Source: a bacterium
GTDB taxonomy: Bacteria; JAMCPX01
Length of the DNA: 47,010 bases
Assembly (NCBI GenBank): GCA_037439545.1
Contig: JBBIVV010000017.1
Location: forward strand, 1-47,010
Direction of reading: 5' to 3'
The position numbers and the translations under genes are program-made. Below are positions 1 to 11,034 of this stretch, piece after piece (the first letter of the stretch is position 1; every line of letters begins with the position of its first letter). The notes below the pieces were generated by a model that had not been told where the DNA came from, searched no databases, and worked only from the letters and a program-made list of their open reading frames with translations.

Positions 1-1062
1 GATGTAGTCGGTGCAGGGAAGAAAAAGACGGGTAAGAAGGTCATCGGCGTAATGCCGGAATATTTTCCGGCCGAGGTCATAACGGCATTGGATGCCTATC
101 CTGTTTACTATCGTGGAACGCAGATGCCTATTTCAAGAGCAGACACATACCTTCAGTCATTCTCGTGCACGACAACGAGAACAATACTCGAGCAGGCGCT
201 TCTCGGCGAAATGAATGATGTCGATGCATTCGTGTTTACGACCATGTGCGATAACCAGCAGAATCTTTCGGAGATTTTCAGAAAATTGTTTCCGTCAAAG
301 CCTGTGATAAATTTTATGATACCTTTTGCGTCATCGGCGTCGTTAAGGCAGGAGCACCTGAAAGAACAGCTTGGCAAAGCGATAGCAGATCTTGAGAAGG
401 TGACGGGGAATAAATTCACCCGGGATAATTTGGAAAAATCGAAGGCACTCCATAAGAAGCATATAGATCTTATAAACAATCTCTATGCCGTGAGAAAGAA
501 CAATCCAAAGGTAATATCTGCCTATGAATTCTATTCGGTCCTGAAAGCGGGTTCATTCCTGCCGCTCGATGAATACATTCGTATGCTTGATCCTGTCGTG
601 CAGTCACTCGGGAAAAAGCCTGCAGAGAATGTCCCGCATAGGATTGTCGTATCCGGTATTACGCCTGAGCCTCTTGAGCTTGCAAAGGTGTTCGATGAGC
701 TCGAGATGTATATTGTCGATGATGACCTTACCAGCGGTACACGGCTTTACTCAAAAGGGGTACTCCCGGATGTCGATGGCAAGGGAGTTGATGATTTTGT
801 ATTCGGAGGCAGCCCGTGCTCAACACTTTTTGACCAAGCCATGGACAGACGGAGTTTTCTGCTTGACAAAGCAAGATCAAATAAGGCAGGTGTTGTACTG
901 TGGCAGATTAAATTCTGTGAACCCGAGGCTTTTGAGCGTCCTGACCTTATCAACTATCTGAAACAGAACGGTATACCTGTTACAAGTTTTGAGGTCGAAT
1001 TGCAGATGAACAGCTTCGAGGGAATTAAGACAAGGCTGCAGGCATTTAAAGAAATAATGTAA
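1..1062 (+). CDS. 2-hydroxyacyl-CoA dehydratase family subunit (HgdB/FldC/BcrC-like), 5'-truncated by the window
   Basis: Frame is open from base 1 (DVVGAGKKKTGKKVIGVMPEYFP); Cys motifs SFSC, TMCD and KFCEPE; C-terminal KTRLQAFKE; adjacent to a paralogue and an activator. Confidence 0.85.
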   Translation, partial: DVVGAGKKKTGKKVIGVMPEYFPAEVITALDAYPVYYRGTQMPISRADTYLQSFSCTTTRTILEQALLGEMNDVDAFVFTTMCDNQQNLSEIFRKLFPSKPVINFMIPFASSASLRQEHLKEQLGKAIADLEKVTGNKFTRDNLEKSKALHKKHIDLINNLYAVRKNNPKVISAYEFYSVLKAGSFLPLDEYIRMLDPVVQSLGKKPAENVPHRIVVSGITPEPLELAKVFDELEMYIVDDDLTSGTRLYSKGVLPDVDGKGVDDFVFGGSPCSTLFDQAMDRRSFLLDKARSNKAGVVLWQIKFCEPEAFERPDLINYLKQNGIPVTSFEVELQMNSFEGIKTRLQAFKEIM

Positions 1063-1079
1063 GGAATCTGGAGGCAGAG

Positions 1080-2279
1080 ATGACAAAGTTTAGAGTATCG
1101 GAAACGATGAAAGAGATGATGGCTTCATACTATCTCGAAGCCAAGAACGCAGCATACAACAATATTCCGGTTGCATGGATTACGTCGGGTGGACCGGTAG
1201 AATTTCTGCATGCAATGGGGGTAATTCCTGTTTATCCCGAAAACTATGCACCCATGTGTTCCATAACGAGGGTGAGCAAGGACCTTATAGAAGTGAGCGA
1301 AGCTGCGGGCTATTCATCCGATCTTTGCTCTTATGCGCGGACGGACATAGGAGCGGACATGACACAGGGCGGTCCCATCATGGGCCTGCCGAAGCCTGAT
1401 ATGCTTATTGTCGGGACGAACATATGCCATACCGTCGTAAAGTGGTTCGATGTGCATGCGAGGAAGTATAATGTTCCGCTTTTTATAATAGACATGCCGT
1501 ATCTGCATGACGGCATGACAAAAGAGGCGATAAACTATGTCGTCAAGCAGTTCGAGTCATTCAAGGTTTTTCTTTCAGGTGTACTGAAAAAAAGATTTGA
1601 CGAGGAGAAATTCAGGGAAACACTCTTTCTTGCTGCACAGGTCTCAGGCCTGTGGGAGAAGGTGCTTGCCATGGGAAAGAAAAAGCCCTCACCGATAAAT
1701 TCGTTCGATACATTCATTCACCTGGCTCCCATCGTAACTCTCAGGGGCACACAGAGGGCAGTCGATTACTATACCCAGTTTTATGACGAGCTTGTCGAGC
1801 TCAACACGCAGGGGTTCGGTTCTGTGCCTGATGAGAAGATCAGACTGCTCTGGGATAACCTGCCGATATGGTATAAAATAAAATACCTGTCGGAATTCTT
1901 TGCAAAGCATAAGGCGGCTTTTGTCGTTTCAACTTATACGAATTCATGGGCTGCCATACAGGGCGACATAGATACGGACCATGCGCTTGAAGAGCTTGCA
2001 CGGGCATACCTCTCGCCCTACATCAACAGGGATTTCAAGTATCGAATAGAGTATCTGGTAAAATTGATAGAAGAGTTTTCCCTTGACGGCATCGTGTTTC
2101 ATTCGGACAGGAGCTGCAAGCCGTACTCACTCGGCCAATACATGATAAAAGAGGAAGTTACAAAACGCACAGGTAAACCCGGTTTAATCATAGAGGCAGA
2201 TATGAATGACCCGAGGGTCTTTTCCGATGCGCAGTTTGAAACAAGGGCAGAAGCCTTTTTGGAAGGCTATGAGAAATGA
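1080..2279 (+). CDS. 2-hydroxyacyl-CoA dehydratase family subunit (HgdA/FldB/BcrB-like)
   Basis: YPENY, DLCSYAR, NICHT, HSDRSCK and TRAEAFLE motifs; GGAGG RBS. Confidence 0.88.
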   Translation: MTKFRVSETMKEMMASYYLEAKNAAYNNIPVAWITSGGPVEFLHAMGVIPVYPENYAPMCSITRVSKDLIEVSEAAGYSSDLCSYARTDIGADMTQGGPIMGLPKPDMLIVGTNICHTVVKWFDVHARKYNVPLFIIDMPYLHDGMTKEAINYVVKQFESFKVFLSGVLKKRFDEEKFRETLFLAAQVSGLWEKVLAMGKKKPSPINSFDTFIHLAPIVTLRGTQRAVDYYTQFYDELVELNTQGFGSVPDEKIRLLWDNLPIWYKIKYLSEFFAKHKAAFVVSTYTNSWAAIQGDIDTDHALEELARAYLSPYINRDFKYRIEYLVKLIEEFSLDGIVFHSDRSCKPYSLGQYMIKEEVTKRTGKPGLIIEADMNDPRVFSDAQFETRAEAFLEGYEK

Positions 2280-3046
2280 AATATTTTGCAGGCATTGATG
2301 TAGGATCGCTTACCGCAAAGGCTGTTGTTATAGATGAGAATGGAAAAATACTCGGTTATCACATTCAACCCATAGGTCAGGACAGCCTTGTTGCAGGGAT
2401 GAATGCGTATCAGAAGGCTTTAACGATACCGGGTCTGAAAAGGGAGGATGTATCCTCTATAGTTTCGACAGGGTACAGCAGGAAGAGGTTTACTGAGGCA
2501 TCCTCGCAGAAGACAGAGATAAGTTGTCATGCGAAGGGCATATCGGTTTTATTTCCGGCTGTGAGGACACTGATAGATGTAGGCGGCCAGGACAGTAAAG
2601 CGATAAAGATCTCGAAAGATGGAAGGGTGCTTGATTTCGCCATGAACGATAAGTGCGCTGCAGGTACCGGAAGATTTGTTGAGGTCATGGCGAATGTTCT
2701 GAATCTTTCTTTAAATGGTTTGTCGGATTCTGCACTATCTTTTAAAAACGAGCTTACTCTCAGTTCAACGTGTACTGTGTTCGGTGAATCAGAAGTTGTA
2801 TCATTATTATCCCAGGGGCAGAATGTTCCCGATATATCATGGGCGATTATAAAATCCATTGCAGACAGGATCGTAGCACTTGCGAAAAGGGTAGGTATTG
2901 AAAACGATGTTGCTATGAGCGGCGGCATGGCAAAAAACAAGGCACTCGTATCGAGACTTGAAGAAAAACTCGAATGCAAGATACTCGTTGCCGAAGAGCC
3001 CCAGATCATGGGCGCACTCGGAGCGGCACTGATAGCAAAAGGATAG
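2276..3046 (+). CDS. Acyl-CoA dehydratase activase (ASKHA ATPase, [4Fe-4S])
   Basis: GIDVGS, EISCHAKG, DVGGQDSK, MNDKCAAGTG and STCTVF motifs; ATGA overlap with the upstream gene. Confidence 0.93.
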   Translation: MKYFAGIDVGSLTAKAVVIDENGKILGYHIQPIGQDSLVAGMNAYQKALTIPGLKREDVSSIVSTGYSRKRFTEASSQKTEISCHAKGISVLFPAVRTLIDVGGQDSKAIKISKDGRVLDFAMNDKCAAGTGRFVEVMANVLNLSLNGLSDSALSFKNELTLSSTCTVFGESEVVSLLSQGQNVPDISWAIIKSIADRIVALAKRVGIENDVAMSGGMAKNKALVSRLEEKLECKILVAEEPQIMGALGAALIAKG

Positions 3047-3118
3047 TGACGGAGAATAAATACTTTTTCCGGGGCTGGAGACTTGTAATATAACCTGAGA
3101 AGTGCATAGATCAAAACT

Positions 3119-4219
3119 ATGAAAGCAGATTATACGGAGTACATGAGCCTTGCTGTCCGGTTAGCGAGAAAAGCCGAGGGTATGACATCGCCCAACCCGC
3201 TGGTCGGTGCTGTAATTATAGACCATAACGGCAGGATCATAGGGAAAGGGTTTCACAAAAAAGCAGGTGAGCCGCATGCGGAAATTATGGCTTTGAGAGA
3301 CGCTCGCAATGTACCTGCCGGCAGCACGATGATCGTGACACTCGAGCCGTGCAATCATTTTGGAAGGACACCCCCCTGTACTCAGGCAATTCGGCAGGCA
3401 GGCATCAAGAGAGTCGTTTTTGCCGTAAGGGACCCCAATCCTGATGTAAAAGGCCGCGGTGCCGCGTATCTTAGAAGAGCGGGAATAGACGTTATAGACG
3501 GAGTATACGAAAAAGAGGCACGGCGGTTAAACGAGTCATACTTCAAACATGTTACGACTGCACTGCCGTACGTGAGTGTAAAACTGGCGATGAGCATGGA
3601 CGGAAGGATTGCAGCTCAGGATGGTTCATCGAAATGGATCACATCGGAACATGCAAGGACAATTGCTCACAGACTAAGGAATACGGTCGATGCTGTTGTC
3701 GTCGGTGCCGGTACGGTAAAAGAAGATGATCCGTCACTCACGGTCAGGCATGTAAAAGCACGAGACAGGCAATTGTTCAGGATTATATTTGACACGCATC
3801 TCAGTACACCTTTGCATGCACGCGTTATTTCCAACCAGAACGGTATGTATAAAACCATGATCCTTACGGCAAGCAGTAACGATTCGTTGATCGACACTTT
3901 TACGCAAAAGGGTGTCGAGGTCGTCCGGATAAAGACGGGGAACGGTATGCTGTCCTTGCATGATGCATTGAAATTCCTCGGTAAAAGGTTTATGCATATA
4001 CTCGTAGAAGGCGGGTCCGGGCTCGTGGGCGCTCTGATGAAGGCAGGTCAGGTAGATAAGCTCCATGTGTTCATTGCACCGAAGATCATCGGAGAAGACG
4101 GCCTTTATCCATTCAGGGGAGTTTTACTGAAAACTATGAAAAATGCGATCAACCTTAAGGACGTAAAAGTATACACATACAAAGGAGAATGCCTGATAGA
4201 GGGCTATCCGGAATGGTGA
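3119..4219 (+). CDS. ribD: Bifunctional diaminohydroxyphosphoribosylaminopyrimidine deaminase/reductase
   Basis: PNPLVGAV, HAE, TLEPCNHFGRTPPC, SKWIT, VEGG. Confidence 0.97.
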   Translation: MKADYTEYMSLAVRLARKAEGMTSPNPLVGAVIIDHNGRIIGKGFHKKAGEPHAEIMALRDARNVPAGSTMIVTLEPCNHFGRTPPCTQAIRQAGIKRVVFAVRDPNPDVKGRGAAYLRRAGIDVIDGVYEKEARRLNESYFKHVTTALPYVSVKLAMSMDGRIAAQDGSSKWITSEHARTIAHRLRNTVDAVVVGAGTVKEDDPSLTVRHVKARDRQLFRIIFDTHLSTPLHARVISNQNGMYKTMILTASSNDSLIDTFTQKGVEVVRIKTGNGMLSLHDALKFLGKRFMHILVEGGSGLVGALMKAGQVDKLHVFIAPKIIGEDGLYPFRGVLLKTMKNAINLKDVKVYTYKGECLIEGYPEW

Positions 4220-4223
4220 GAAC

Positions 4224-4856
4224 ATGTTTACGGGATTGATAGAATATACAGGAGTTGTGGAACGCATTCAGAAAAAGGATGCAGGGGCATCTCTTACGGC
4301 AAGGATCGAGTCTCTTCCGGAAGCCGGGACAGGAGACAGTGTTGCAGTGAATGGTGCATGTCTTACGCTTATCTCCGTTTCGAACGATGTGTATACATTC
4401 GACATATCGCCGGAGACCATACAGAAAACAGGTTTTGTACGTATCAAAAGCCGGGATGTTATCAATATAGAAAGGCCCCGCAGGGTTTCGGACAGGCTGC
4501 ATGGCCATATGGTGAACGGTCATATAGATTGCACTGCGGTCGTTGCCGGGATTAAGCCGGCCGGCGGGCATCACCTGTTTACATTTGAATTATCGGAAAA
4601 AACGCATTATCTTGTGGAAAAGGGTTTCATAGCAGTCGACGGAATAAGCGTGACCCCCTATGATGTAAATGACCGGTTATTTTCGATTGCCGTGATACCG
4701 TACACGTATGGACACACAAACCTTCATACAAGAAAAACAGGCGATGCTGTTAATATTGAGTTCGATATCATTGCGAAGTATATTGAAAGTATGTTGCATA
4801 GAAGCAAAGGTGGCACTATAACGGAAGCATTCTTAAAAGAGAGAGGATTTGCGTAA
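4224..4856 (+). CDS. ribE: Riboflavin synthase (alpha chain)
   Basis: [28 protein letters not shown]; rib operon context. Confidence 0.96.
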   Translation: MFTGLIEYTGVVERIQKKDAGASLTARIESLPEAGTGDSVAVNGACLTLISVSNDVYTFDISPETIQKTGFVRIKSRDVINIERPRRVSDRLHGHMVNGHIDCTAVVAGIKPAGGHHLFTFELSEKTHYLVEKGFIAVDGISVTPYDVNDRLFSIAVIPYTYGHTNLHTRKTGDAVNIEFDIIAKYIESMLHRSKGGTITEAFLKERGFA

Positions 4857-6061
4857 TGCCGATAATAAGTATTGAAAAAGCGATAGAGGAAATAAAACAG
4901 GGCAGGATGGTAATCCTTGTTGATGATGAAAACAGGGAGAATGAAGGTGATCTGAGCATAGCAGCGGAGAAAGTTACACCGGAAGTCATCAATTTCATGG
5001 CAACCTTTGGCAGGGGGCTTGTCTGCCTTTCACTTACAGAAGAAAGGCTGAACGAACTGCAAATATCTTTGATGGTAAATGAAAACACATCGAGGTTCGG
5101 CACTGCGTTTACGGTATCCATTGATGCAAGGGAAGGGATTTCAACAGGCATATCGGCATATGACAGGGCGCGTACGATTCAGATCGCAGTCGAAGACAAT
5201 GCAAAACCATGGGATCTGGTAAGGCCAGGACACATCTTTCCTCTGAGATACAGCAGAGGAGGTGTTCTTGCCAGGGCAGGCCAAACCGAAGGGTCTGTAG
5301 ATCTTGCAAAATTGGCAGGCTTAAATCCATCAGCAGTTATCTGCGAGATCATGAAAGATGACGGAACAATGGCGAGGATGCCCGACCTTGAAGAGTTTTC
5401 GAAAAAGCACGGTATATCAATCGTAACTATAGCGGATATAATACAGTACAGAATGAAGCAGGAAAGACTGGTGAAGAAGGTTGCAGAGGCACACATCACG
5501 ACGGAATACGGCGGTGTCTTTACCGCAATGATATATGAGAACGATCTCGACAATAACCAGCATCTTGCTATGGTGAAAGGCGATGTAAAAACTGATGAGC
5601 CTGTACTGGTAAGGGTCCATTCCGAATGTGTTACCGGAGATGTCTTCGGCTCCTTGAGATGCGACTGCGGGAATCAGCTCCATGAGGCTATGAAGATTAT
5701 AGACAAAGAAGGCAGAGGTGTAATACTCTATTTAAGGCAGGAAGGCCGGGGAATCGGACTTGCCAACAAAATACTTACCTATAAACTTCAGGACAACGGG
5801 CTCGACACCGTAGAGGCTAACAATGCGCTCGGACTGCCGGCGGATCTCAGGGATTACGGCATTGGCGCTCAAATACTTGCCGACATAGGTATAAAAAAGA
5901 TGAAACTGTTGACGAACAACCCGAAGAAGCTTCATGCCCTTGCAGGCTATGGCCTGGAGGTGGTTGAAAGGGTCTCCATAGAAATAGCCCCGAACGATAT
6001 AAATAGAAAGTATCTAAAAACAAAGCAGGACAAAATGGGACACATCCTGCATATCAAATGA
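4856..6061 (+). CDS. ribBA: DHBP synthase / GTP cyclohydrolase II
   Basis: [46 protein letters not shown]. Confidence 0.97.
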   Translation: MPIISIEKAIEEIKQGRMVILVDDENRENEGDLSIAAEKVTPEVINFMATFGRGLVCLSLTEERLNELQISLMVNENTSRFGTAFTVSIDAREGISTGISAYDRARTIQIAVEDNAKPWDLVRPGHIFPLRYSRGGVLARAGQTEGSVDLAKLAGLNPSAVICEIMKDDGTMARMPDLEEFSKKHGISIVTIADIIQYRMKQERLVKKVAEAHITTEYGGVFTAMIYENDLDNNQHLAMVKGDVKTDEPVLVRVHSECVTGDVFGSLRCDCGNQLHEAMKIIDKEGRGVILYLRQEGRGIGLANKILTYKLQDNGLDTVEANNALGLPADLRDYGIGAQILADIGIKKMKLLTNNPKKLHALAGYGLEVVERVSIEIAPNDINRKYLKTKQDKMGHILHIK

Positions 6062-6075
6062 ATAACGGAGGACAC

Positions 6076-6585
6076 ATGAAGATAATAGAAGGAAAGTTAA
6101 AAGGCGAAGGTTTAAAAATCGGTATAGTTGTCAGCAGATTCAATCATTTTATAACAGACAGACTTGTTGATGGCGCAATCGACGGATTAACAAAACTTGG
6201 AGTAAGAGAAGACGACATTGTTATAGTTAAAGTGCCCGGAGCATTTGAAATACCTGTATTCGCAAAAGAACTTGCAAAAAAGGGTTTCGATGCAGTCATT
6301 GCACTCAGCGCTATAATAAAAGGCGGAACATCACACTATGAGTACCTTGCGGCAGAGGTTACAAAAGGCATCGCAAGCTCATCGCTTGAACTCGGGTTCC
6401 CCATCGTGTTCGGCATACTGACCACTGAAACAATCGAAGAGGCAATAGAACGGGCAGGTACAAAGCAGGGCAACAAAGGATACGATGCTGCAATGAGTGC
6501 GGTTGAACTCGCAGATCTTAGAAGGGAAATGAGCAAAGAGATTGATCACAAATGGGTAAAAGAGAAGAACGTGAAGCACTCCTGA
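6076..6585 (+). CDS. ribH: 6,7-dimethyl-8-ribityllumazine synthase
   Basis: [26 protein letters not shown]; start chosen at the ATG after GGAGG. Confidence 0.96.
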   Translation: MKIIEGKLKGEGLKIGIVVSRFNHFITDRLVDGAIDGLTKLGVREDDIVIVKVPGAFEIPVFAKELAKKGFDAVIALSAIIKGGTSHYEYLAAEVTKGIASSSLELGFPIVFGILTTETIEEAIERAGTKQGNKGYDAAMSAVELADLRREMSKEIDHKWVKEKNVKHS

Positions 6586-6950
6586 AAGCACTTTACAGTG
6601 TAGATATTTTTGATGATTATAAAGAAGAGTCTATACGGTTATTTGCAGGAAGAAATAAATGGGGCCAGACTACCTTAAGCAGGACCATTGAGGTAGTGTC
6701 CAAATTAAGTGCAATCGATCAGCACATAACAAGGCACCTGAGAAATTGGGCTCTATCCAGAATATCTATTATTGACAGAAACATACTCAGACTTGCCATG
6801 TATGAACTTATGTACGAATCAGCAACGCCGATGAAGGTAATTATAAACGAAGCAGTTGAGATAGCAAAAAAGTACGGTACAAAGGATTCATTTACCTTCA
6901 TAAATGCAGTGCTTGATGCGACTGCAAAAGAGATTGGCAGAACTCCGTGA
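6552..6950 (+). CDS. nusB: Transcription antitermination factor NusB
   Basis: [30 protein letters not shown]; classic ribH-nusB synteny. Confidence 0.93.
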   Translation: MGKREEREALLKALYSVDIFDDYKEESIRLFAGRNKWGQTTLSRTIEVVSKLSAIDQHITRHLRNWALSRISIIDRNILRLAMYELMYESATPMKVIINEAVEIAKKYGTKDSFTFINAVLDATAKEIGRTP

Positions 6951-7513
6951 GCCTTGTTTTAAATCTTGACACGTCGTTGGATGGATTGCCGGGAGAGTTA
7001 AGGGATACGCCGATTGTTATGGGTATTTTCCAGGAGTATAAGCCTCTTCACGGGTATAACGGTATTGTGGACTGGGAGGTATGCGGAGAGGTCTCACGCA
7101 TGATAGCGGCCAAGGAATTTGACGGGAAAGAAAAAACAAAAACGCTGTTGTATCTCACCGTGTCATGTTATCCCGGAAGAAAGGTACTCCTCTACGGACT
7201 CGGCGCAAAAAAAAGATTAACACCCGAAAGGTTGTCGTCTATAACAGACGACTTGTTCGCCGCACTCTCGAGCCTGTCTATCCACAGTCTTGTGCATGTG
7301 CTGCCGCCCCTGTACGATACGGGAGCTGATATGCGGAATATACTGGATAGCGTTGCACACAGCATGTTGCAGTTTACATCCAATGAAAAAATGGAGTATA
7401 AATTATGGCTCATGTGGGATAATGTGCCCCACAGTGATATTATACGTTCTTTCAAAGATGCGGTTAATATTTTTTCAGACGCATCATTATCTATAATTGA
7501 AAAGGAGGATTGA
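6947..7513 (+). CDS. Hypothetical protein resembling a stand-alone M17 peptidase N-terminal domain
   Basis: KPLHGYNGIVDWEVCGEVSRM and KVLLYGLG pattern; no catalytic M17 motifs; coupled to neighbouring genes. Confidence 0.55.
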   Translation: MSLVLNLDTSLDGLPGELRDTPIVMGIFQEYKPLHGYNGIVDWEVCGEVSRMIAAKEFDGKEKTKTLLYLTVSCYPGRKVLLYGLGAKKRLTPERLSSITDDLFAALSSLSIHSLVHVLPPLYDTGADMRNILDSVAHSMLQFTSNEKMEYKLWLMWDNVPHSDIIRSFKDAVNIFSDASLSIIEKED

Positions 7514-7516
7514 GTA

Positions 7517-8512
7517 ATGAAAAAGTCTCGCATACTCGGTGTGGGGAGGTACCTACCGGAAAAGATTGTAACGAACTTTGATCTTGAGAAAATGATGGAT
7601 ACAACGGATGAATGGATAAAACAGAGGTCGGGTATAGAACAGAGGCGTTTTGCTGCCGAAGGAGAAGGTGCTGCACTTATGGGAGCACGGGCGGCTGAAG
7701 AAGCCATACAGCGTGCAGGCTTAAAAAAAGAGGACATAGATTTCATCATCTTTGCCACCCTGAGTCCTGATTATAACTTTCCCGGATCCGGAGTGCTTGT
7801 TCAGGACATGCTCGGTATAAGCACCATAGGTGCACTTGATATAAGAAACCAGTGTACAGGGTTCATCTACGGATTATCGGTAGCGGATCAGTTTATTAAA
7901 ACGGGAATGTACAAGCATATACTGGTTATCGGTTCCGAGGTGCATTCGACAGGGAATGAATTTACCACGAGGGGCAGGGATGTTGCAGTGCTTTTTGGAG
8001 ACGGCGCAGGCGCTGTTGTGGTCGGCGAGAGCGATGATGATAAAAGGGGTATACTTTCTACCCATCTTCATTCAGAAGGTAAGTATGCCAAGGAATTGTG
8101 GGTTGAGGCACCGGCAAGTGTTCTTCACCCGAGATTGACGCACGAGATGCTGGATCAGGGCAGGCACTATCCAAAGATGAACGGCAAGAATGTATTTAAA
8201 CATGCCGTGACCAGGATGCCCGAGGCTATCATGGAAGCGCTGAATGCCAATGGCTATAAAGTAGCGGACATCGATCTGCTCGTGCCGCATCAGGCAAATA
8301 TGAGAATCAACGAGTTCGTCAGCGGCGCACTCGAAATACCGCGGGAAAAGGTCGTGCATAATATCCAGAAATACGGCAACACAACAGCAGCGACTATTCC
8401 CCTTTGTTTCTATGATGCACTCGAAGACGGCAGGTTAAAACAAGGTTCGCTCGTATGTGTAGCTGCTTTTGGTGCAGGGTTTACATGGGCTTCAGTTCTG
8501 TTGAGATGGTAG
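7517..8512 (+). CDS. fabH: 3-oxoacyl-ACP synthase III
   Basis: TTDEWIKQRSGI, catalytic C (NQCTGF), LFGDGAGA, PHQAN, YGNT, FGAGFTW. Confidence 0.93.
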   Translation: MKKSRILGVGRYLPEKIVTNFDLEKMMDTTDEWIKQRSGIEQRRFAAEGEGAALMGARAAEEAIQRAGLKKEDIDFIIFATLSPDYNFPGSGVLVQDMLGISTIGALDIRNQCTGFIYGLSVADQFIKTGMYKHILVIGSEVHSTGNEFTTRGRDVAVLFGDGAGAVVVGESDDDKRGILSTHLHSEGKYAKELWVEAPASVLHPRLTHEMLDQGRHYPKMNGKNVFKHAVTRMPEAIMEALNANGYKVADIDLLVPHQANMRINEFVSGALEIPREKVVHNIQKYGNTTAATIPLCFYDALEDGRLKQGSLVCVAAFGAGFTWASVLLRW

Positions 8513-9015
8513 TAGAACGGATATCCTCCTCAGCTTTAGCTGATAAATCCTCTGATCCGGGATGCAGAGCTATCCGTGGTATGAGACGGCCGTTGCCGGA
8601 TGATCTTGACGGCATCATAGAGGTTGAAAATATGTCTTATACAAACCCGTGGACCGGCAGTATGCTCAAGAGCAGCCTCATTGATCCGAAATCATTGAAC
8701 TTCATAACCGTAGACCAAACCGGGAATAAAATTGTCGGATTTATATTAAACCTTCTGATCATGGATGAACTGCACGTACTCAATATTGCCGTGATACCTT
8801 CTTACCGTCGAAGCGGTATAGGTAGCAGTCTTATGGAGACATCCATTAAAACTGCGGAACAGCTCGGCGTCAATGCATTTTTCCTGGAAGTGCGGCGCTC
8901 GAATGTCAGTGCTTTAACACTTTACATTAAGCAGGGTTTCAGCGTAATAGGTGTGAGACGAGGCTATTATTCCGATAACAGGGAAGATGCCCTGGTCATG
9001 AAAAAATCTATATGA
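8506..9015 (+). CDS. rimI: Ribosomal protein S18-alanine N-acetyltransferase
   Basis: ELHVLNIAV, RRSGIG, FLEVRRSN, RRGYYSDNREDALVM; start uncertain (8506 or 8581). Confidence 0.9.
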   Translation: MVVERISSSALADKSSDPGCRAIRGMRRPLPDDLDGIIEVENMSYTNPWTGSMLKSSLIDPKSLNFITVDQTGNKIVGFILNLLIMDELHVLNIAVIPSYRRSGIGSSLMETSIKTAEQLGVNAFFLEVRRSNVSALTLYIKQGFSVIGVRRGYYSDNREDALVMKKSI

Positions 9016-9788
9016 AACCAACGCATAACGGCATTGTTCTATCGGCAGAAAGACTGAAACAGGATTATATCCTCTTGTCTGTCAGGATTGACGGGATGCC
9101 TGCATTCGACCCGGGACAATTCATGATGATGCAGGTTTCAAACTCCTATGACCCGCTTCTTTTAAGGCCCTTCAGCATCATGAGATCACGTCGCGATGTG
9201 TATGAGTTCCTCATAAAGATTGTCGGCAGGGGGACCGGCGCTATTGCTGATTTCAAGCATGGGAAAAGAATTCTTCTTACAGGACCCTATGGCAAAGGTT
9301 TTACCTGCAAAGTATCGTTACATCCTGTAATTGCAGCAGGCGGCGTTGGTATTGCATCTGTATTTGCGTTTTCACAGCAGTTGAGTCAGAAAGGTGTTCC
9401 GTTTGATCTGCTGTACGGTGCAAAAACAGCGGACGAACTTGTTATGCTTGAATTCATGAAACAATGGAAGCCCCTGATAGCTACGGATGACGGTTCTTCA
9501 GGATACCGAGGCACGGTAACAGGACTTTTAAAAAAGAAAGCAACGGCTCAAGACATTATATTTGCCTGCGGCCCGATGCCCATGCTTGAATCAATTAAAA
9601 GAATTGCAGTTGAGCGCACTATAAAATGTTATATCTCGCTTGAGGCAAGGATGGCGTGTGGTTTCGGTGTGTGCCTCGGTTGTACGGTCTTTGATATAAA
9701 AGGCACTACAAGAAGGGTTTGCAAGGACGGCCCCGTGTTTGATGCAAGGGAGGTATCTTTTGGAAAGCAGGATCTTAAAGGCAATTAA
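9012..9788 (+). CDS. pyrK: Dihydroorotate dehydrogenase B electron-transfer subunit
   Basis: PGQF, RPFS, GPYG, GGVG, CGP, MACGFGVCLGC...VCKDGPVF. Confidence 0.88.
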   Translation: MKPTHNGIVLSAERLKQDYILLSVRIDGMPAFDPGQFMMMQVSNSYDPLLLRPFSIMRSRRDVYEFLIKIVGRGTGAIADFKHGKRILLTGPYGKGFTCKVSLHPVIAAGGVGIASVFAFSQQLSQKGVPFDLLYGAKTADELVMLEFMKQWKPLIATDDGSSGYRGTVTGLLKKKATAQDIIFACGPMPMLESIKRIAVERTIKCYISLEARMACGFGVCLGCTVFDIKGTTRRVCKDGPVFDAREVSFGKQDLKGN

Positions 9789-10926
9789 GGAAATAGAAGG
9801 CGGGCTTATTGAGCTTTCTCATGATATCTCGTCTCACCCGGAAACTGCGCTTCAAGAACACAGGACCCGTGACCTTGCCTGCGATTTTTTGCACAAGCAT
9901 GGATTCGATATAAAAAAAGGTATCGGCGGCATGGAGACATCTTTTAGAGCGCGCAGGGGCAGGCAAGCCCATCCATCCATTGCATATGTCGCAGAGATGG
10001 ATGCGCTTCCCGGCATTGGTCATGCATGCGGACACAATGTTAACGGCGTTATGAGTATAGGTGCCGGCATTGCTCTCTCAAAAGCAATCCGTCCTGATAA
10101 GGGATGCATATCGGTTGTCGGTACGCCTGCAGAGGAAACCGGATTCGGTAAACCCGAGTTGATAAAGCATGGGATCTTTAAACCTTACGATGTTGCAATG
10201 ATGAGCCATGCATCGACAAAGCGTATGAGTTCCAGGTATATGCTTGCCTTGAAGAAAATCAAGATAAGGTTCAGGGGCAGGGCATCGCATGCAGCATCGT
10301 ATCCCGAAGAAGGCAGGGACGCTCTGTCAGCATTGATACTTGCGATAAACAATATGAACAGCATGCGTTCATCGTTCAAGCCTTATATGAGGGTAAACGG
10401 GATCATCACGCAAGGGGGCGTTGCGCCGAATATCATACCTGATTTCGCGGAAGCTTTTTATTTTATAAGGGCAATCAGCATGCCGGAGCTTCACGAACTG
10501 ATGGAATGGATTAAAAATGCAGTTGACGGCGCTGCCATGGCAACAGGAACAAAGGCAGAAATTAAGGAAGAAGGGTATGTTCAGTATCCATTCTATGTGA
10601 ATGATGCACTTAAAGGACTGTATTCAGATGTACTCGAATCACTTGGATTGAAACAAACTATTTTAAGCCCTTATCATGGCATTGGCTCATCCGATATCGG
10701 TCAGCTTTCCTATACACTGCCGACGCTTCACACATACACACCGATTGGAGAAGGTGCACATATTCATACGAGAGAGTTCAGAGAGCTTGCACGTTCTCAA
10801 TCGGCAGATAAAGGAATTGCCGAAGGTGCAGCAGCCCTTGCTATTACAGGATATAGACTGATAAGGTCGCCGGCATTGATGAGGAAGATTCGGCAGTCGC
10901 ACAATCCGCCCTCAGTTTTGCTCTGA
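9760..10926 (+). CDS. M20 family amidohydrolase (PM20D2/AbgB-like)
   Basis: HPE, EMDAL, GHACGHN, GTPAEE, GSSDIG; TTG start after GGAGG at 9749-9753. Confidence 0.9.
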   Translation: MESRILKAIKEIEGGLIELSHDISSHPETALQEHRTRDLACDFLHKHGFDIKKGIGGMETSFRARRGRQAHPSIAYVAEMDALPGIGHACGHNVNGVMSIGAGIALSKAIRPDKGCISVVGTPAEETGFGKPELIKHGIFKPYDVAMMSHASTKRMSSRYMLALKKIKIRFRGRASHAASYPEEGRDALSALILAINNMNSMRSSFKPYMRVNGIITQGGVAPNIIPDFAEAFYFIRAISMPELHELMEWIKNAVDGAAMATGTKAEIKEEGYVQYPFYVNDALKGLYSDVLESLGLKQTILSPYHGIGSSDIGQLSYTLPTLHTYTPIGEGAHIHTREFRELARSQSADKGIAEGAAALAITGYRLIRSPALMRKIRQSHNPPSVLL

Positions 10927-11034
10927 TAGATACGAGATTTACCATAAAATGCATTATCTGAAATGACTGATAGGGGCCTGAAATAGTAAGCCCCTGCAAT
11001 GAAAATGTCCGTGTTTTATACTTTCCTCTTATTT

